Source: an uncultured archaeon (GTDB lineage Archaea > Asgardarchaeota > Thorarchaeia > Thorarchaeales > Thorarchaeaceae). Taken from it: DNA of 64,000 nucleotides. The stretch lies in assembly GCA_964648855.1 (NCBI GenBank), contig CAZYLT010000013.1, positions 4,932 to 68,931 of the forward strand, given 5' to 3'. Of this stretch, positions 48,717 to 58,833 are shown piece after piece. The notes beneath the pieces were generated by a model, which ran no database searches, was not told the origin of the DNA, and saw nothing but the letters and a program-made list of their open reading frames with translations. Position numbers and translations under genes: made by a program. Each line of letters opens with the position of its first letter. The stretch's first letter is position 1.

Positions 48717-49877
48717 ATGTTTCACAAGACCAGAGAGCTTTTCTTGGTGACAACAATCACTTTGGTGGGATGGCAATTGAGTAAAACACTGATAGCCCAT
48801 GAAGTACTGCGTGATTTTGTTATTGCCGTAATAAGCAAACTTGGGGCGCCAGAAGATGTCTCACTATATGTTGCTGATAATTTAGTAACAGCCAATCTTC
48901 GGGGGATAGACTCGCATGGCGTGGGACGCTTGAAGAGATATGTAACTGGCATTCGAGACGGGTATATAGTCCCAGACGCCAAAGTCGATACAGTCATGGA
49001 GAACGCCGTTTTGGCAAATGTGAATGGCAATCATGCTTTAGGTCAAGCTGTCGGAGTACATGGCATGAACCTAGCCATCCAGAAAGCATCATCAGAAGGC
49101 ATTGGAGTGGTAACCGCATTCAATTCTAATCACTATGGGTTTGCGGGCTATTATGCAATGATGGCTCTTGACCAGGACCTGATAGGGATTTCAATGACGA
49201 ATTCAGAACCTCTGGTTGTGCCGACATTCGGTAGGAATGCCAAACTGGGCACGAATCCAATAGCAATCGCTGTACCGACATCTGAAAACAAACCATGGGT
49301 GATGGACCAAGCTACGAGTGTCGTACCAAGTGGCAAACTCCAAGTCTACGAGCGAGCTGGAGAGAAGATGCCTGAGGGATGGGCAACTGACGAAACGGGT
49401 CACAGCACAACCAATCCTGCACGAGTATTAAAGAACCTCTATGGAGGTACTGGAGAGGGAGGAATTTTTCCGCTCGGTGGCGAAGGCGAGGTTCATGGAG
49501 GTCACAAGGGCTATGGATTTGCAGTAATGGTAGATATTCTATGTGGAGTACTCTCGGGAGCGAACTATGCCGATGATGTGGTTTGGTCCACTGATGATGG
49601 AATAAAGCATCCCAGTGTTGGGCACTTCTTCATGGCGCTTGACCCTTCCTTCTTCGGTGATTTGGAAGGCTTCAAAGACAAAATGGATGACATGATAAAT
49701 CGCCTTCACCTGTCAGAAAAAGCTGAGGGAGAAACAAGGATATTCGTGCATGGGGAAAAGGAGTTCGAAGAACGAGAACGAAGAGAGGAGAAGGGAATTC
49801 CTCTAGATGAAAAAACTGTTGAGAGTTTGAAGGGATTTTCCGAAGAATTCAATATTGAACTTGAATTCGTGAACTAG
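48717..49877 (+). CDS. Ldh_2 family malate/L-lactate/L-sulfolactate dehydrogenase
   Basis: ANLRGIDSHGVGRLKRYV and NSEPLVVPTFGRNAKLGTNPIAIAVP motifs; probable TTG start at 48777 after GGTGG. Confidence 0.75.
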   Translation: MFHKTRELFLVTTITLVGWQLSKTLIAHEVLRDFVIAVISKLGAPEDVSLYVADNLVTANLRGIDSHGVGRLKRYVTGIRDGYIVPDAKVDTVMENAVLANVNGNHALGQAVGVHGMNLAIQKASSEGIGVVTAFNSNHYGFAGYYAMMALDQDLIGISMTNSEPLVVPTFGRNAKLGTNPIAIAVPTSENKPWVMDQATSVVPSGKLQVYERAGEKMPEGWATDETGHSTTNPARVLKNLYGGTGEGGIFPLGGEGEVHGGHKGYGFAVMVDILCGVLSGANYADDVVWSTDDGIKHPSVGHFFMALDPSFFGDLEGFKDKMDDMINRLHLSEKAEGETRIFVHGEKEFEERERREEKGIPLDEKTVESLKGFSEEFNIELEFVN

Positions 49878-49947
49878 GAAAATATGTGCTTCTAATGAAT
49901 AGACTGTTTTCCGTTACAATCTGAAAAGCAATGCTGAGGCGAAAGTC

Positions 49948-50775
49948 ATGAGCCAAGTTGCGTTGGTAAGAACAAAACAGAATCTTCGGGACTCACTCGA
50001 AGATGCCATAGAGCTGATTGGTGGATTTGGCGATATCAAGTCCCCAGTATTGATAAAACCAAATATATGCACAATCTCAGATGGTACCGGGCACTCTGTG
50101 ACAGATCCAAATCTAGTGCAGCACCTAATTGAACTAATCCTATGTCGTGATGAGAGTCTATCAATCAAAATCGTTGAGTCCGACAGCCAAAGCAAGTACG
50201 CAGAGGAGGCATTCAAGAAGTTCGGGTATACAGATTTCGTAGACAAACTACAAGACGATGGTTCAGACGTAAAATTGGTAAATCTGAGTAAGTCACCGCT
50301 AAAGAGATTGGCTTTCGAGGGCGCCTATTTCGAAAATGCTGAGCTACCGATAGAGATTATTGATGAAAACTACTTCATATCAGTAGCAATCGCAAAGACG
50401 CATTATCTCACGAAAATCACTGGATCGGTGAAGAACCTGTTCGGTCTTCTTCCCCAGAAGAATCAAGCATCATATCACTCAGACATCAACGATATCATAT
50501 TAGATTTCAGCAAAATAGTCAGACCCAAATTGTGTGTGATAGACGCCAGAGTAGGAGTTGAGGGATGGAACGGTCCAAAGACACACCAGATGGATTTGTT
50601 GATAGCAGGAAGGGAGCCTGCCTCGGTAGACTCAGTGATGGCACAAATCATGGGATTAATTCCTGAAGATGTGAATCATTTAGTGGCTGCTGCAGATCAA
50701 GGGATGGGAACACTAGAACCAGATATTATTGGAGAGGATTTAGAATCTTTATTTGGCTTATTCAATCCCAAATAA
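49948..50775 (+). CDS. DUF362 domain-containing protein
   Basis: Domain order and VLIKPNICT...GHSVTDP pattern resemble DUF362; function unknown. Confidence 0.5.
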   Translation: MSQVALVRTKQNLRDSLEDAIELIGGFGDIKSPVLIKPNICTISDGTGHSVTDPNLVQHLIELILCRDESLSIKIVESDSQSKYAEEAFKKFGYTDFVDKLQDDGSDVKLVNLSKSPLKRLAFEGAYFENAELPIEIIDENYFISVAIAKTHYLTKITGSVKNLFGLLPQKNQASYHSDINDIILDFSKIVRPKLCVIDARVGVEGWNGPKTHQMDLLIAGREPASVDSVMAQIMGLIPEDVNHLVAAADQGMGTLEPDIIGEDLESLFGLFNPK

Positions 50776-50977
50776 TAGGCAACTAGGCTGACGAGATTGT
50801 TGCTGAATCTGAAGACTTTGAACTGCTTCCGTTGTATTTGCAAAGCTCATGCCGATTCACACCCAACACTAGGATTGTAGAATAAGTTCTAGAATGGGCA
50901 AAGTATGCCACGAAGTATCGATTTCTTGACAAGGTTACAATGGTACAAAATCCTAAAGAATGATAGGACGAGTTATA

Positions 50978-50999
50978 GGAGGGGATCCGCCACCCCTCC
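50978..50999. other. GC-rich hairpin GGAGGGG-(8 nt)-CCCCTCC
   Basis: Perfect 7-bp stem, ~45 bp 3' of the minus-strand Lys-rich mini-ORF (51044..51106) and ~200 bp 3' of the DUF362 gene. Confidence 0.3.
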
Positions 51000-51409
51000 C
51001 AGATTCTTGATTATCGCGAAGCACAGAAAAACCGAGATACTAGTTATTTCTTGGGCTTCTTCTCGTTCTTCTTCTGAGTCTTTGCTGGTTTCTTATCCTT
51101 TGCCATCTTTTTCACCTCGACGGACATTCAGAGGCCCTCCACTGTCAGCCAACCTATACCATCCTCACTGTTTGTAGATATTTCGAGCTCAGAAATTAGG
51201 ACCTCGAGCCCTTATTTTGGTAATATTAGTTTAAAAACATATCTAGTTAAAAATAAGGCACCTATATGGTTTCTATTGACATTTAAAGGTACTATATTCC
51301 CTTTTCATTTCTAGTTTCCTCAAAAATACAACTACGATTCGGATATAAAAAGAGTAGAGAGGGTTCCGCTCTCACGGGAGCAGGACAAAAAGAGAAGTCG
51401 TGCCGTTGA

Positions 51410-51574
51410 CTATACTTTCTTGATCATCTTCTTTCTTTTGTCTAGTTCGTCTTTCGACATCTTTTCTATGTCGTGAGCTCTTGCACCATGTGTCTTGATC
51501 TGTTCAACAGTGTCCGCCATGGTTTCGGCGGATATTACAGTATCGCACATCTGACACTTGAATTCATACGGCAT
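51410..51574 (-). CDS. DUF1059 family small metal-binding protein (54 aa)
   Basis: Hand-translated MPYEFKCQMCDTVISAETMADTVEQIKTHGARAHDIEKMSKDELDKRKKMIKKV, matching the DUF1059 F-x-C...G/C...H...H pattern; below the ORF-track cutoff. Confidence 0.5.
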   Translation of the reverse strand: MPYEFKCQMCDTVISAETMADTVEQIKTHGARAHDIEKMSKDELDKRKKMIKKV

Positions 51575-51851
51575 TTGTATTCACAATAGTTATTCTATCA
51601 AGCAGTCTTGTAACTTCTAGGAAACGTAACAACAATCGAATACAATGAATCTAATTAAATGCAAAAGTTCTGCATTGTTGCTCAGGGGGAATCAAAACTC
51701 AAAAACAATAAACCAGAACATGTGTGGGCGCATACATGGAAAGAAGATGAGCGTTCGAATATTGGACGAATTTGTACAAATATGAAAACGATATGTACGC
51801 ACACTACTTATTTCCCATGGAAATCACAGGTAGGGTAGGTGCCTGTCAACG

Positions 51852-54110
51852 ATGGTTAGTTTCAGGAAGACCGAGAGCAGAGTTATAATCGGTTTTCTAA
51901 TTATAATTGGCTTCGCATATCTTTTCTTCATAAGTGATCCTCCGTGGAGGACACACGGTTCTGCTCTGGCATATCATTCTGTCCTAGGATTCTTATCTGT
52001 GGTGGCAGTTGCATCAGCTACAAACAGAGTCATAATGGACCCGTCGCCTTCGCATAGAGTGTTTTTTGCCGCCACAGGGTTTCTTGCTATTATTCATCTT
52101 GGAGCTTCTTTGCTTCATATGATGCCCATGACTGAAGTTGTTGCACATACAGAATCAAAAGGAGTCTTCGTGGACATTGTGGAGATGGCGCTCCTTGGTT
52201 CAATGCTTTCTTTAGCAGCTTATCTCAATAGTGAGCCATCGAAGGAAAGACCCCTTTGGAACAAAGACAGAACAACAGCCGCTATACTTGTAATTTCGTT
52301 GGCTACATATGGCGCGGCTATTTTTGTTTCCGAGATACCCGCTCTCTCGCCTTATTTGGTGGCGAGTGGATTCTTCATAGGATTTGCTACTTTGGGTGCA
52401 TTTGTCCTTTCATGTTTCTTCGCTTTCAAGCGTCCTGTAGACATCTCTTCACATGACAGGAACCGACTGATTGGCTCCTATCTCTTATTCAGTCTTTCAA
52501 CAGTCGTACTTCTATCGGTCCTAAATTCGCCAAATAGCCTTTGGTTGTTCACAATAATCTTTCAGGCAGGTGCGCTGATTTTTATCCTCATCGCGGCAGG
52601 ATACCCATTTCTACTGGATGTTGGACTTCAAGAGAATGTTGCTTATTCCTTCATAGTAGCGCTTACAGCCCTCGCGGTGGTACCTTTCATTCTTGCTCAG
52701 CTAGTGGGGTCTTGGCTTCCTATTGCGTCTTACGAGAATCAACCTCTAGGTATAATTACCCATGTTTCTGCGGGACTTCTGTCTGGGGTGTCGGGTTATA
52801 TCCTCACACAGCGACTGCAAGAGAAGACGCCTTGGTATGACGGCCCAGCAATATTCGCATTGTTCTCGTGGACTCTTGTAGAATCAATCATTGTTGGCAT
52901 TCGATTGTTCCAGCCGAATGGTATTGCTATGGAATCAATGGTGCCGTATTTGTTTGGAGGGGGCATTACTTTCCTAGCACTGTCGATTGCCATTCACCGA
53001 ACCCTTCAGCCACCTCACAAGGGTAAGCCCTATGGATACTCGTCTATTGGACGCATTTTATTGCTCATCATCGCGATTCTGATTATTCTGATTGAAAGCA
53101 CTCTAATCATGAGCCCGACATTACACACACTGGGGCAAAATTCGCAAGTCATTTCAGCAATTCTATACATCATGAGTTATATTTCTGTGTTCGTAATCAC
53201 TGTCTTTGTCATGCTACGGACTGCACGGGCCGGTGGCGTATACTCCGTTGAGATTGTGGGCGTAGGTTCTCTCTCACTCTGGGCTATCTCCCAAATATTG
53301 CGAGTCAACTTCTCTATATGGACTATCGGTTGGTGGGCTGCGGAGCTTTTACCATTCATAGTCTTTTTATTCCTCCCACCTCTTGTCGCCGGATTGTACG
53401 TCGAAAAGCATCATTTGGAAGAGCGTCTAGAAACTGCTTCGAAAATCTACACGAATCTCTTAGTGGACAAAATAGACCGCCACCACAGACAAGCATTGGA
53501 TTCACTCAGTGGAATACTAAGTGATGTGAGGCTCAAAGGCAGAGAGATGGAGGAGGTTTCCAGAGCGATGACAGAGGTCTCTCGAGCAAATGATATAGTT
53601 GAGAGGTTTGACACGATAGTCAAAGGAAGAATACCTGAGGTCGAGGAAACTGGAACCATTGATTTGCATGATGCAATGCAGGCAGCCTTTGAACAGATTT
53701 ATCAAATCCACCCGCAGGTACCAAAACTGATGATGGAGGCTTGCACAAGGGAGTGCACAGTGCGGAGAGAGAAAATAGTTGTTGACCTATTCTACAATCT
53801 GCTGAAGGGGCTTCTGACAAGAATACATGCAACGTCCATTTCCGCGAGGGTGGAGAGATGCGAAGCTGATATGTGGTGCACTGAGATTCGGATTGGAACG
53901 GATTCTGATATTCAGGATTCTTTGAGAGATTTAATCAGTCGATATCTATTCCAGGTCAGAGAGAGCAATATTGAGTTTCTTCTGGTCAATGAATACATGC
54001 GACTGCTAGGAGGAGATGTTGTTGTGGATGACACTGCAACGAAAGAAAGTCGTGATGCAATCATCATAACAGTAAGGCTTCAAGCTGCCAACTTGAGTGA
54101 TGAGAACTAA
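51852..54110 (+). CDS. orphan polytopic membrane protein (about 12 predicted TM helices) with C-terminal degenerate histidine-kinase-like domain
   Basis: 752 aa; N-terminal ~500 aa almost entirely hydrophobic helices. C-terminal ~240 aa has a DHp-like His region (IDRHHRQALDSL) and HATPase-like remnants (IDLHDAM, IGTDSDIQD, LLGGDVVV). GGTAGGTG RBS-like motif upstream. Confidence 0.5.
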   Translation: MVSFRKTESRVIIGFLIIIGFAYLFFISDPPWRTHGSALAYHSVLGFLSVVAVASATNRVIMDPSPSHRVFFAATGFLAIIHLGASLLHMMPMTEVVAHTESKGVFVDIVEMALLGSMLSLAAYLNSEPSKERPLWNKDRTTAAILVISLATYGAAIFVSEIPALSPYLVASGFFIGFATLGAFVLSCFFAFKRPVDISSHDRNRLIGSYLLFSLSTVVLLSVLNSPNSLWLFTIIFQAGALIFILIAAGYPFLLDVGLQENVAYSFIVALTALAVVPFILAQLVGSWLPIASYENQPLGIITHVSAGLLSGVSGYILTQRLQEKTPWYDGPAIFALFSWTLVESIIVGIRLFQPNGIAMESMVPYLFGGGITFLALSIAIHRTLQPPHKGKPYGYSSIGRILLLIIAILIILIESTLIMSPTLHTLGQNSQVISAILYIMSYISVFVITVFVMLRTARAGGVYSVEIVGVGSLSLWAISQILRVNFSIWTIGWWAAELLPFIVFLFLPPLVAGLYVEKHHLEERLETASKIYTNLLVDKIDRHHRQALDSLSGILSDVRLKGREMEEVSRAMTEVSRANDIVERFDTIVKGRIPEVEETGTIDLHDAMQAAFEQIYQIHPQVPKLMMEACTRECTVRREKIVVDLFYNLLKGLLTRIHATSISARVERCEADMWCTEIRIGTDSDIQDSLRDLISRYLFQVRESNIEFLLVNEYMRLLGGDVVVDDTATKESRDAIIITVRLQAANLSDEN

Positions 54111-54172
54111 GATGCAACACCATTTGGAAGACATTATCAGTACTAAGCAGGAACAATTCCATGTAGATTACC

Positions 54173-54568
54173 ATGGATGAAACTGACAAGAAATGGAAGG
54201 CAAAACTCACAACAGAGCAATTCAAGGTACTAAGACAGTGTGGCACAGAGCCCCCTTTTAGCGGAAAATATGTTCATCATAATGAAGAAGGAACGTACAT
54301 CTGTGCAGCCTGCGGAAATGAACTATTCTCTTCAGAAACAAAATTCAAGTCTGGCAGTGGCTGGCCTAGCTTCTGGGATAAGGTCGATAAGAACGCAGTT
54401 GAAACAAGAACTGATACGAGCCATGGAATGAGAAGGACAGAGGTTGTCTGTGCAAATTGCGGCGGTCACCTAGGACACATCTTCCAAGATGGGCCTCAGC
54501 CGACCGGGCTAAGATACTGCATAAATTCAGTCGCATTAGATTTCAAGAAGGAAGATACTGAGGAATAA
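54173..54568 (+). CDS. msrB: peptide-methionine (R)-S-oxide reductase
   Basis: Two CxxC zinc motifs (CAACGNELF, CANCGGHLGHIF) and SGWPSF; catalytic Cys in the RTEVVC motif. Confidence 0.9.
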   Translation: MDETDKKWKAKLTTEQFKVLRQCGTEPPFSGKYVHHNEEGTYICAACGNELFSSETKFKSGSGWPSFWDKVDKNAVETRTDTSHGMRRTEVVCANCGGHLGHIFQDGPQPTGLRYCINSVALDFKKEDTEE

Positions 54569-54611
54569 TGTCCCAACGTCCTATAGCATTTGGAGCATAG
54601 TCAGATCTGAT

Positions 54612-55511
54612 GTGAAAGCAATGCGAATCGGATATGCCTGCATGAATAACACGGTTGGATGCACATCCGCCAGTACATTTCGATTGTCCTCTTGGTCAGA
54701 AGATCGCTTCAAAGAAACGGTCAAACATAATCTTGCTTGCTTAGAACGGATTTTGCAGTGGAATATAGAGAATGGCATCTACTTCTTTCGAATAACATCA
54801 GATCTCATCCCCTTCGCAAGCCATCCAGTTTGCTCCGTCGACTGGCAATCCATGTTCTCTGAACAATTTGCTCAGATTGGACGGTTCATTGCTGACAATA
54901 GTATCAGGGTGTCCATGCATCCTGGTCAGTACACTGTCCTGAACTCGAACAGAATGGACGTTGTGGAACGCAGCATCTTTGAGCTTCAGTACCATGCTGA
55001 TGTACTAGATCTCTTGAACCAAGATGCAGATGCCAAAATTGTCCTCCATATTGGTGGGGTCTATGGAAATAAATCCAAGGCCATGAATCGCTTTGTGCAA
55101 GCCTATCAGAATCTACCTGACTCAATCCAGCGCCGTTTGATTATTGAAAACGATGAGAGGAGCTACACGGTTCCAGACTGCATTAGCATCCATGAGATGA
55201 CAGGAGTCCCGATAGTTGTTGACAATCTACACCATTATGCCAACAACAATGGTGAGAGCTTCACTTCAGCATTTGATGTAGCAAAGGAGAGTTGGAGAGC
55301 AGAAGATGGTTCCCCAATCATTCACTACAGCTCTCAGGCATCTGGCGGCCGACCAGGAAAGCATGCGATTTCTATCGATAATCGGCATTTCAAATCATTT
55401 CTTCTTTCTCTAAGAGAATATGAAATGGATATGATGCTGGAGGTGAAGGACAAAGAGAAGTCTGCAATCAAAGCAATAGCAATAGCCAAACAGATGATGC
55501 GTTCAAGCTGA
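54612..55511 (+). CDS. uvdE: UV DNA damage endonuclease (UvdE/UVDE family)
   Basis: MRIGYACMNNTVGCTS N-terminus and TIM-barrel UVDE collinearity (FFRITSDLIPFASHP, HIGGVYGNK). Confidence 0.8.
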   Translation: MKAMRIGYACMNNTVGCTSASTFRLSSWSEDRFKETVKHNLACLERILQWNIENGIYFFRITSDLIPFASHPVCSVDWQSMFSEQFAQIGRFIADNSIRVSMHPGQYTVLNSNRMDVVERSIFELQYHADVLDLLNQDADAKIVLHIGGVYGNKSKAMNRFVQAYQNLPDSIQRRLIIENDERSYTVPDCISIHEMTGVPIVVDNLHHYANNNGESFTSAFDVAKESWRAEDGSPIIHYSSQASGGRPGKHAISIDNRHFKSFLLSLREYEMDMMLEVKDKEKSAIKAIAIAKQMMRSS

Positions 55512-55730
55512 AAAGTCAGCTAGGGTGTCCTTCAAGTTCATCATAAAGGCCTTGTCATTCTTGCTCCTCAATTCCTTAAATTTTTTCCAAGCTGCTGAAC
55601 AGTTTTTGTATTCAACGCCGACAAAATCATGAATTTTCTTGTCGATTTCTTTCTTGTTGTCTGCGGTCACCCCTATACTGAGTTCATCAAATACAGGCCC
55701 AATATATCTGAAGTAGCAGGTCACTATCAT
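55503..55730 (-). CDS. hypothetical small protein (75 aa)
   Basis: Intact ORF convergent with uvdE; no motif. Confidence 0.3.
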   Translation of the reverse strand: MIVTCYFRYIGPVFDELSIGVTADNKKEIDKKIHDFVGVEYKNCSAAWKKFKELRSKNDKAFMMNLKDTLADFSA

Positions 55731-55911
55731 TGCATCTCCTTTTGCTAAATCAAAATACTCTATATTTTTGTTGAAAAGCCTTTGTTACCACTCTGATATG
55801 ACGCTTACACCTGACAATTATTGACTGGGTGTGCAGCCGATTGGTTAAGCACTAGAGTCTGAGCCAGATGAATGAAGGGATATGACATGGATTCAAGTCT
55901 TCCATCTTCAT

Positions 55912-56763
55912 CTATGCTGAAGTCTTCACAAAACTGCCTTGCCTGTATTCCATGAAAGCAGTACTGATTTCCTCTTGCGTGTTCATCACAATGGGCCCAC
56001 GCCAGACAATAGGTTCGTTCAGTGGTTTACCAGAAACGAGTATAAACCGTGCTTGATTTGCGCCGGTTTGCACCCTAACTTGACTGCCCTCAGTGAGGAC
56101 CACCAAATTACCTTTGCGAACGCTATCCTGATCAGGACCAAAAGCTGCCTCGCCCTCGACAACGTACGCAAATACAGTATGGTCTTTGTCTACTGAATGA
56201 TTGAACTCCGATTTTGATGGCATCATTACATCAAGGTATTCGGGATCTACAGCTATTCCTTCAACCGGCCCTTTCATTCCCTCGACCTTTCCCGCTATTA
56301 TTTTGACTCGGATTCCATCGTCGAGTTCAACTTCAGGAATGTCATCTTCTATCAGCCCTCTGTACATCGGATCCGTCATCTTTTTCGAGGATGGCAAATT
56401 TACCCAGAGTTGAAGGCCTCTTATTCTGTCTTCGTCAGGATCAGGCATCTCTTGGTGGATTATGCCACTTCCGGCTGTCATCCATTGAACCTCACCCGGG
56501 TGTATGACCCCGGAGCCCCCCGTGCTGTCTTCGTGTGCCACCTTTCCTTCTAGCATGTAGGTTACGGTTTCGATTCCGCGATGGGGATGCCACGGAAAAC
56601 CCGCCTTAAACTCATCTGGGTTATCAGATCCAAAGTCGTCAAGAAGCAGGAAGGGATCCATTATATCAGTATCAAGATGGCCCATAGCGCGACGAACTGT
56701 CACTCCTGCGCCTTCTTTCATCTCTCGACCTTGTTGGACTCTGAATACTCGTCTAACAGTCAT
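55912..56763 (-). CDS. pirin family protein (cupin)
   Basis: Metal-binding HPHRGIETVTYMLEG ... HQEMP pirin signature. Confidence 0.85.
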   Translation of the reverse strand: MTVRRVFRVQQGREMKEGAGVTVRRAMGHLDTDIMDPFLLLDDFGSDNPDEFKAGFPWHPHRGIETVTYMLEGKVAHEDSTGGSGVIHPGEVQWMTAGSGIIHQEMPDPDEDRIRGLQLWVNLPSSKKMTDPMYRGLIEDDIPEVELDDGIRVKIIAGKVEGMKGPVEGIAVDPEYLDVMMPSKSEFNHSVDKDHTVFAYVVEGEAAFGPDQDSVRKGNLVVLTEGSQVRVQTGANQARFILVSGKPLNEPIVWRGPIVMNTQEEISTAFMEYRQGSFVKTSA

Positions 56764-56884
56764 TTTGCAGGCAGCTCCATAGTAGAATAATTAACAATAG
56801 CAAACTAATAAGGGCATTGTTGTGTGTCAATCCGTATAAAGACAGTAGCAGATGTAAAGGAAGTAACTAGGAAAACAAAATGAA

Positions 56885-57205
56885 TTATTCATCGCGAGGT
56901 TGAAATAAATCAAAAAAAGCGGAGACTATGAGGGCTTCCAAGTGTAGTGCAGCAGCAGGGGCTCCAAAAAAGCATCTGCTGACAATAATCCCCGGCTTTG
57001 ATTTGGTTTCTAGAGAACCCGCGATTGTTGGGCCCCTAGTTGATTCCCCCAGACCCAATGCGTCCGTCACTAGTTCATATGATACTCGCTCAAAACACAT
57101 TACTGCATGACTGGCATCTATTTTCACTGAGAAGACATTTGGATTCGTGATTGCAATGTCATTTGAAAGCCAATCTGCGGGAGTTATCAATGTTCGACCC
57201 TTCAT
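56885..57205 (-). CDS. hypothetical protein (106 aa)
   Basis: ORF between pirin and the MBL hydrolase; no motif. Confidence 0.3.
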   Translation of the reverse strand: MKGRTLITPADWLSNDIAITNPNVFSVKIDASHAVMCFERVSYELVTDALGLGESTRGPTIAGSLETKSKPGIIVSRCFFGAPAAALHLEALIVSAFFDLFQPRDE

Positions 57206-57379
57206 CTTTTTTCTCCCTCATTTACTAATGCACTACTGGTCTATTAGCTTAAGGGGGCCTGGCTTCAGTGTTAGCTATGATTGACCCATCAACTATGATT
57301 AGCTCTTACAACAGTATGAACTTAAGAGAGCTCCAATCAGCAGGAACTGCTGGCAACTTACAGGAAGAGGGCTCAAAGA

Positions 57380-58030
57380 ATGAACATATCCATTCTCTAT
57401 GACAATATAGCGAGAGAAGGGTATCGAGCGGACTGGGGATTTTCATGTCTGATAGGCGAATCGGTTTTGTTTGACACAGGGCGTGACTTGAGCATCCTTG
57501 TTCATAACATGAATACTCTTGGTGTGGATCTTGGCAAAATCGAAAAGGTCGTTGTTTCTCACCAACATAGGGACCATGTCGGCGGAATAGGTATTTTGGA
57601 GAAACTTGGTGAGGTAGAAGTATTTCTTCCCTCATCAATATCGAAACCACTGAAAAAGTCCATAGAACGATTTGAGGGGACCAGAGTTGTCGAGGTTTCC
57701 GAAGCCCGAAATATCACGGAGCAGGTGACTACTCTTGGTGAATTAGGTACACGAATCAAGGAGCAATCGATTGTTGTTCAAACAGAAAACGGGAACTCTC
57801 TGATTTGTGGGTGTGCCCATCCCGGACTGGAAGTCATAATGGACAGGGCGCTTGAGTATGGGCCACTCTATGGCGTCATAGGTGGGTTTCATGACTTTGA
57901 TCGGCTTCTGGCCGTGGAGTACTCGCGGCTTATTGTTCCCTGCCATTGTACTTCAAAGAAGAAGGAGATCAGGGCACTCTACAAACTGACAAGCAAAGAA
58001 TGTGCTGTAGGTAAAGTCATTGAGATATGA
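57380..58030 (+). CDS. MBL-fold metallo-hydrolase
   Basis: HxHxDH motif (VVVSHQHRDHVGG) and downstream His/Asp ligands. Confidence 0.75.
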   Translation: MNISILYDNIAREGYRADWGFSCLIGESVLFDTGRDLSILVHNMNTLGVDLGKIEKVVVSHQHRDHVGGIGILEKLGEVEVFLPSSISKPLKKSIERFEGTRVVEVSEARNITEQVTTLGELGTRIKEQSIVVQTENGNSLICGCAHPGLEVIMDRALEYGPLYGVIGGFHDFDRLLAVEYSRLIVPCHCTSKKKEIRALYKLTSKECAVGKVIEI

Positions 58031-58046
58031 GATTGAATATGTGTGC

Positions 58047-58388
58047 CTAGCAAGTAAGATGCAAGGCGGCCACAACCCTTTGCTCTGATTCTTTTTCGTT
58101 GTATAGACTACAAGCCTCTTCTGTTTTCCGCGCTACTAGCTGACAACCGATTGCCTCTATCTTTTTCTTGGCTGCATCCAGGACTTTCATCCGCCCGTAG
58201 TATCCCTTTCCAACAATCAGTAGCTCAGGCTCTGCTTCAACTATTCTGGAGAGGTCATCCGGATGAAGTTCGTGCCCCTTTCGACGCCACCAGTCAGAAT
58301 AGACCTGACCTGGGAGAAGAATCACATCATTTTCGTATTCTTTTCCGTCAATCCGGATTTTTCCGAAGCCGTATTCATCGATGTGCAT
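58047..58388 (-). CDS. MTH938-like (DUF498) family protein
   Basis: 113 aa with G-x-I-R-I-D-G-K-E-Y..D..LLIVGKG pattern typical of Mth938 domain. Confidence 0.5.
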   Translation of the reverse strand: MHIDEYGFGKIRIDGKEYENDVILLPGQVYSDWWRRKGHELHPDDLSRIVEAEPELLIVGKGYYGRMKVLDAAKKKIEAIGCQLVARKTEEACSLYNEKESEQRVVAALHLTC

Positions 58389-58833
58389 ACTAAGATTAAG
58401 AAACAGTCCCTGTTAAGAGCTCGCAAATAGAAGATGGACCCGATTATACTAGAAGGGAGTATTAATCTAGGAGAGTTTCGACTTCGATGGCACTATCTTG
58501 TGAGGTTACTTCATCTTGATTCTCATCCTCAGCTTCTGTTTTTGAGGCGCGTTCTTTTGCTCTTTTTTCCAAGTTCATGACCGATGGGACAAAGAAGGCA
58601 GAAATGCTAAGAGGTGCAGTCAAACCTTGCGCTGACAAAGCTCCATTTAAGAAATGAAAAATGCACAAGTGGAAATGACTCCTTTGAGTTCACCTTCTGA
58701 ATGAGTTTGCGTTTCATTGGACAATAATTGCCGTCAGTGTATGTTGGCAATTTGTGAATTAGGTGCAGAATCATGGTGGGGCTTATCCGAAGCTCTAAAT
58801 TAGCCTGAACTAAGATGATAGTGAGGAAAGGAC

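Noticed and set aside
50905-51177. 90-aa + strand ORF
   Set aside because: Low-complexity Ser/Arg-rich translation that overlaps the SD-supported Lys-rich mini-ORF on the other strand; likely spurious.
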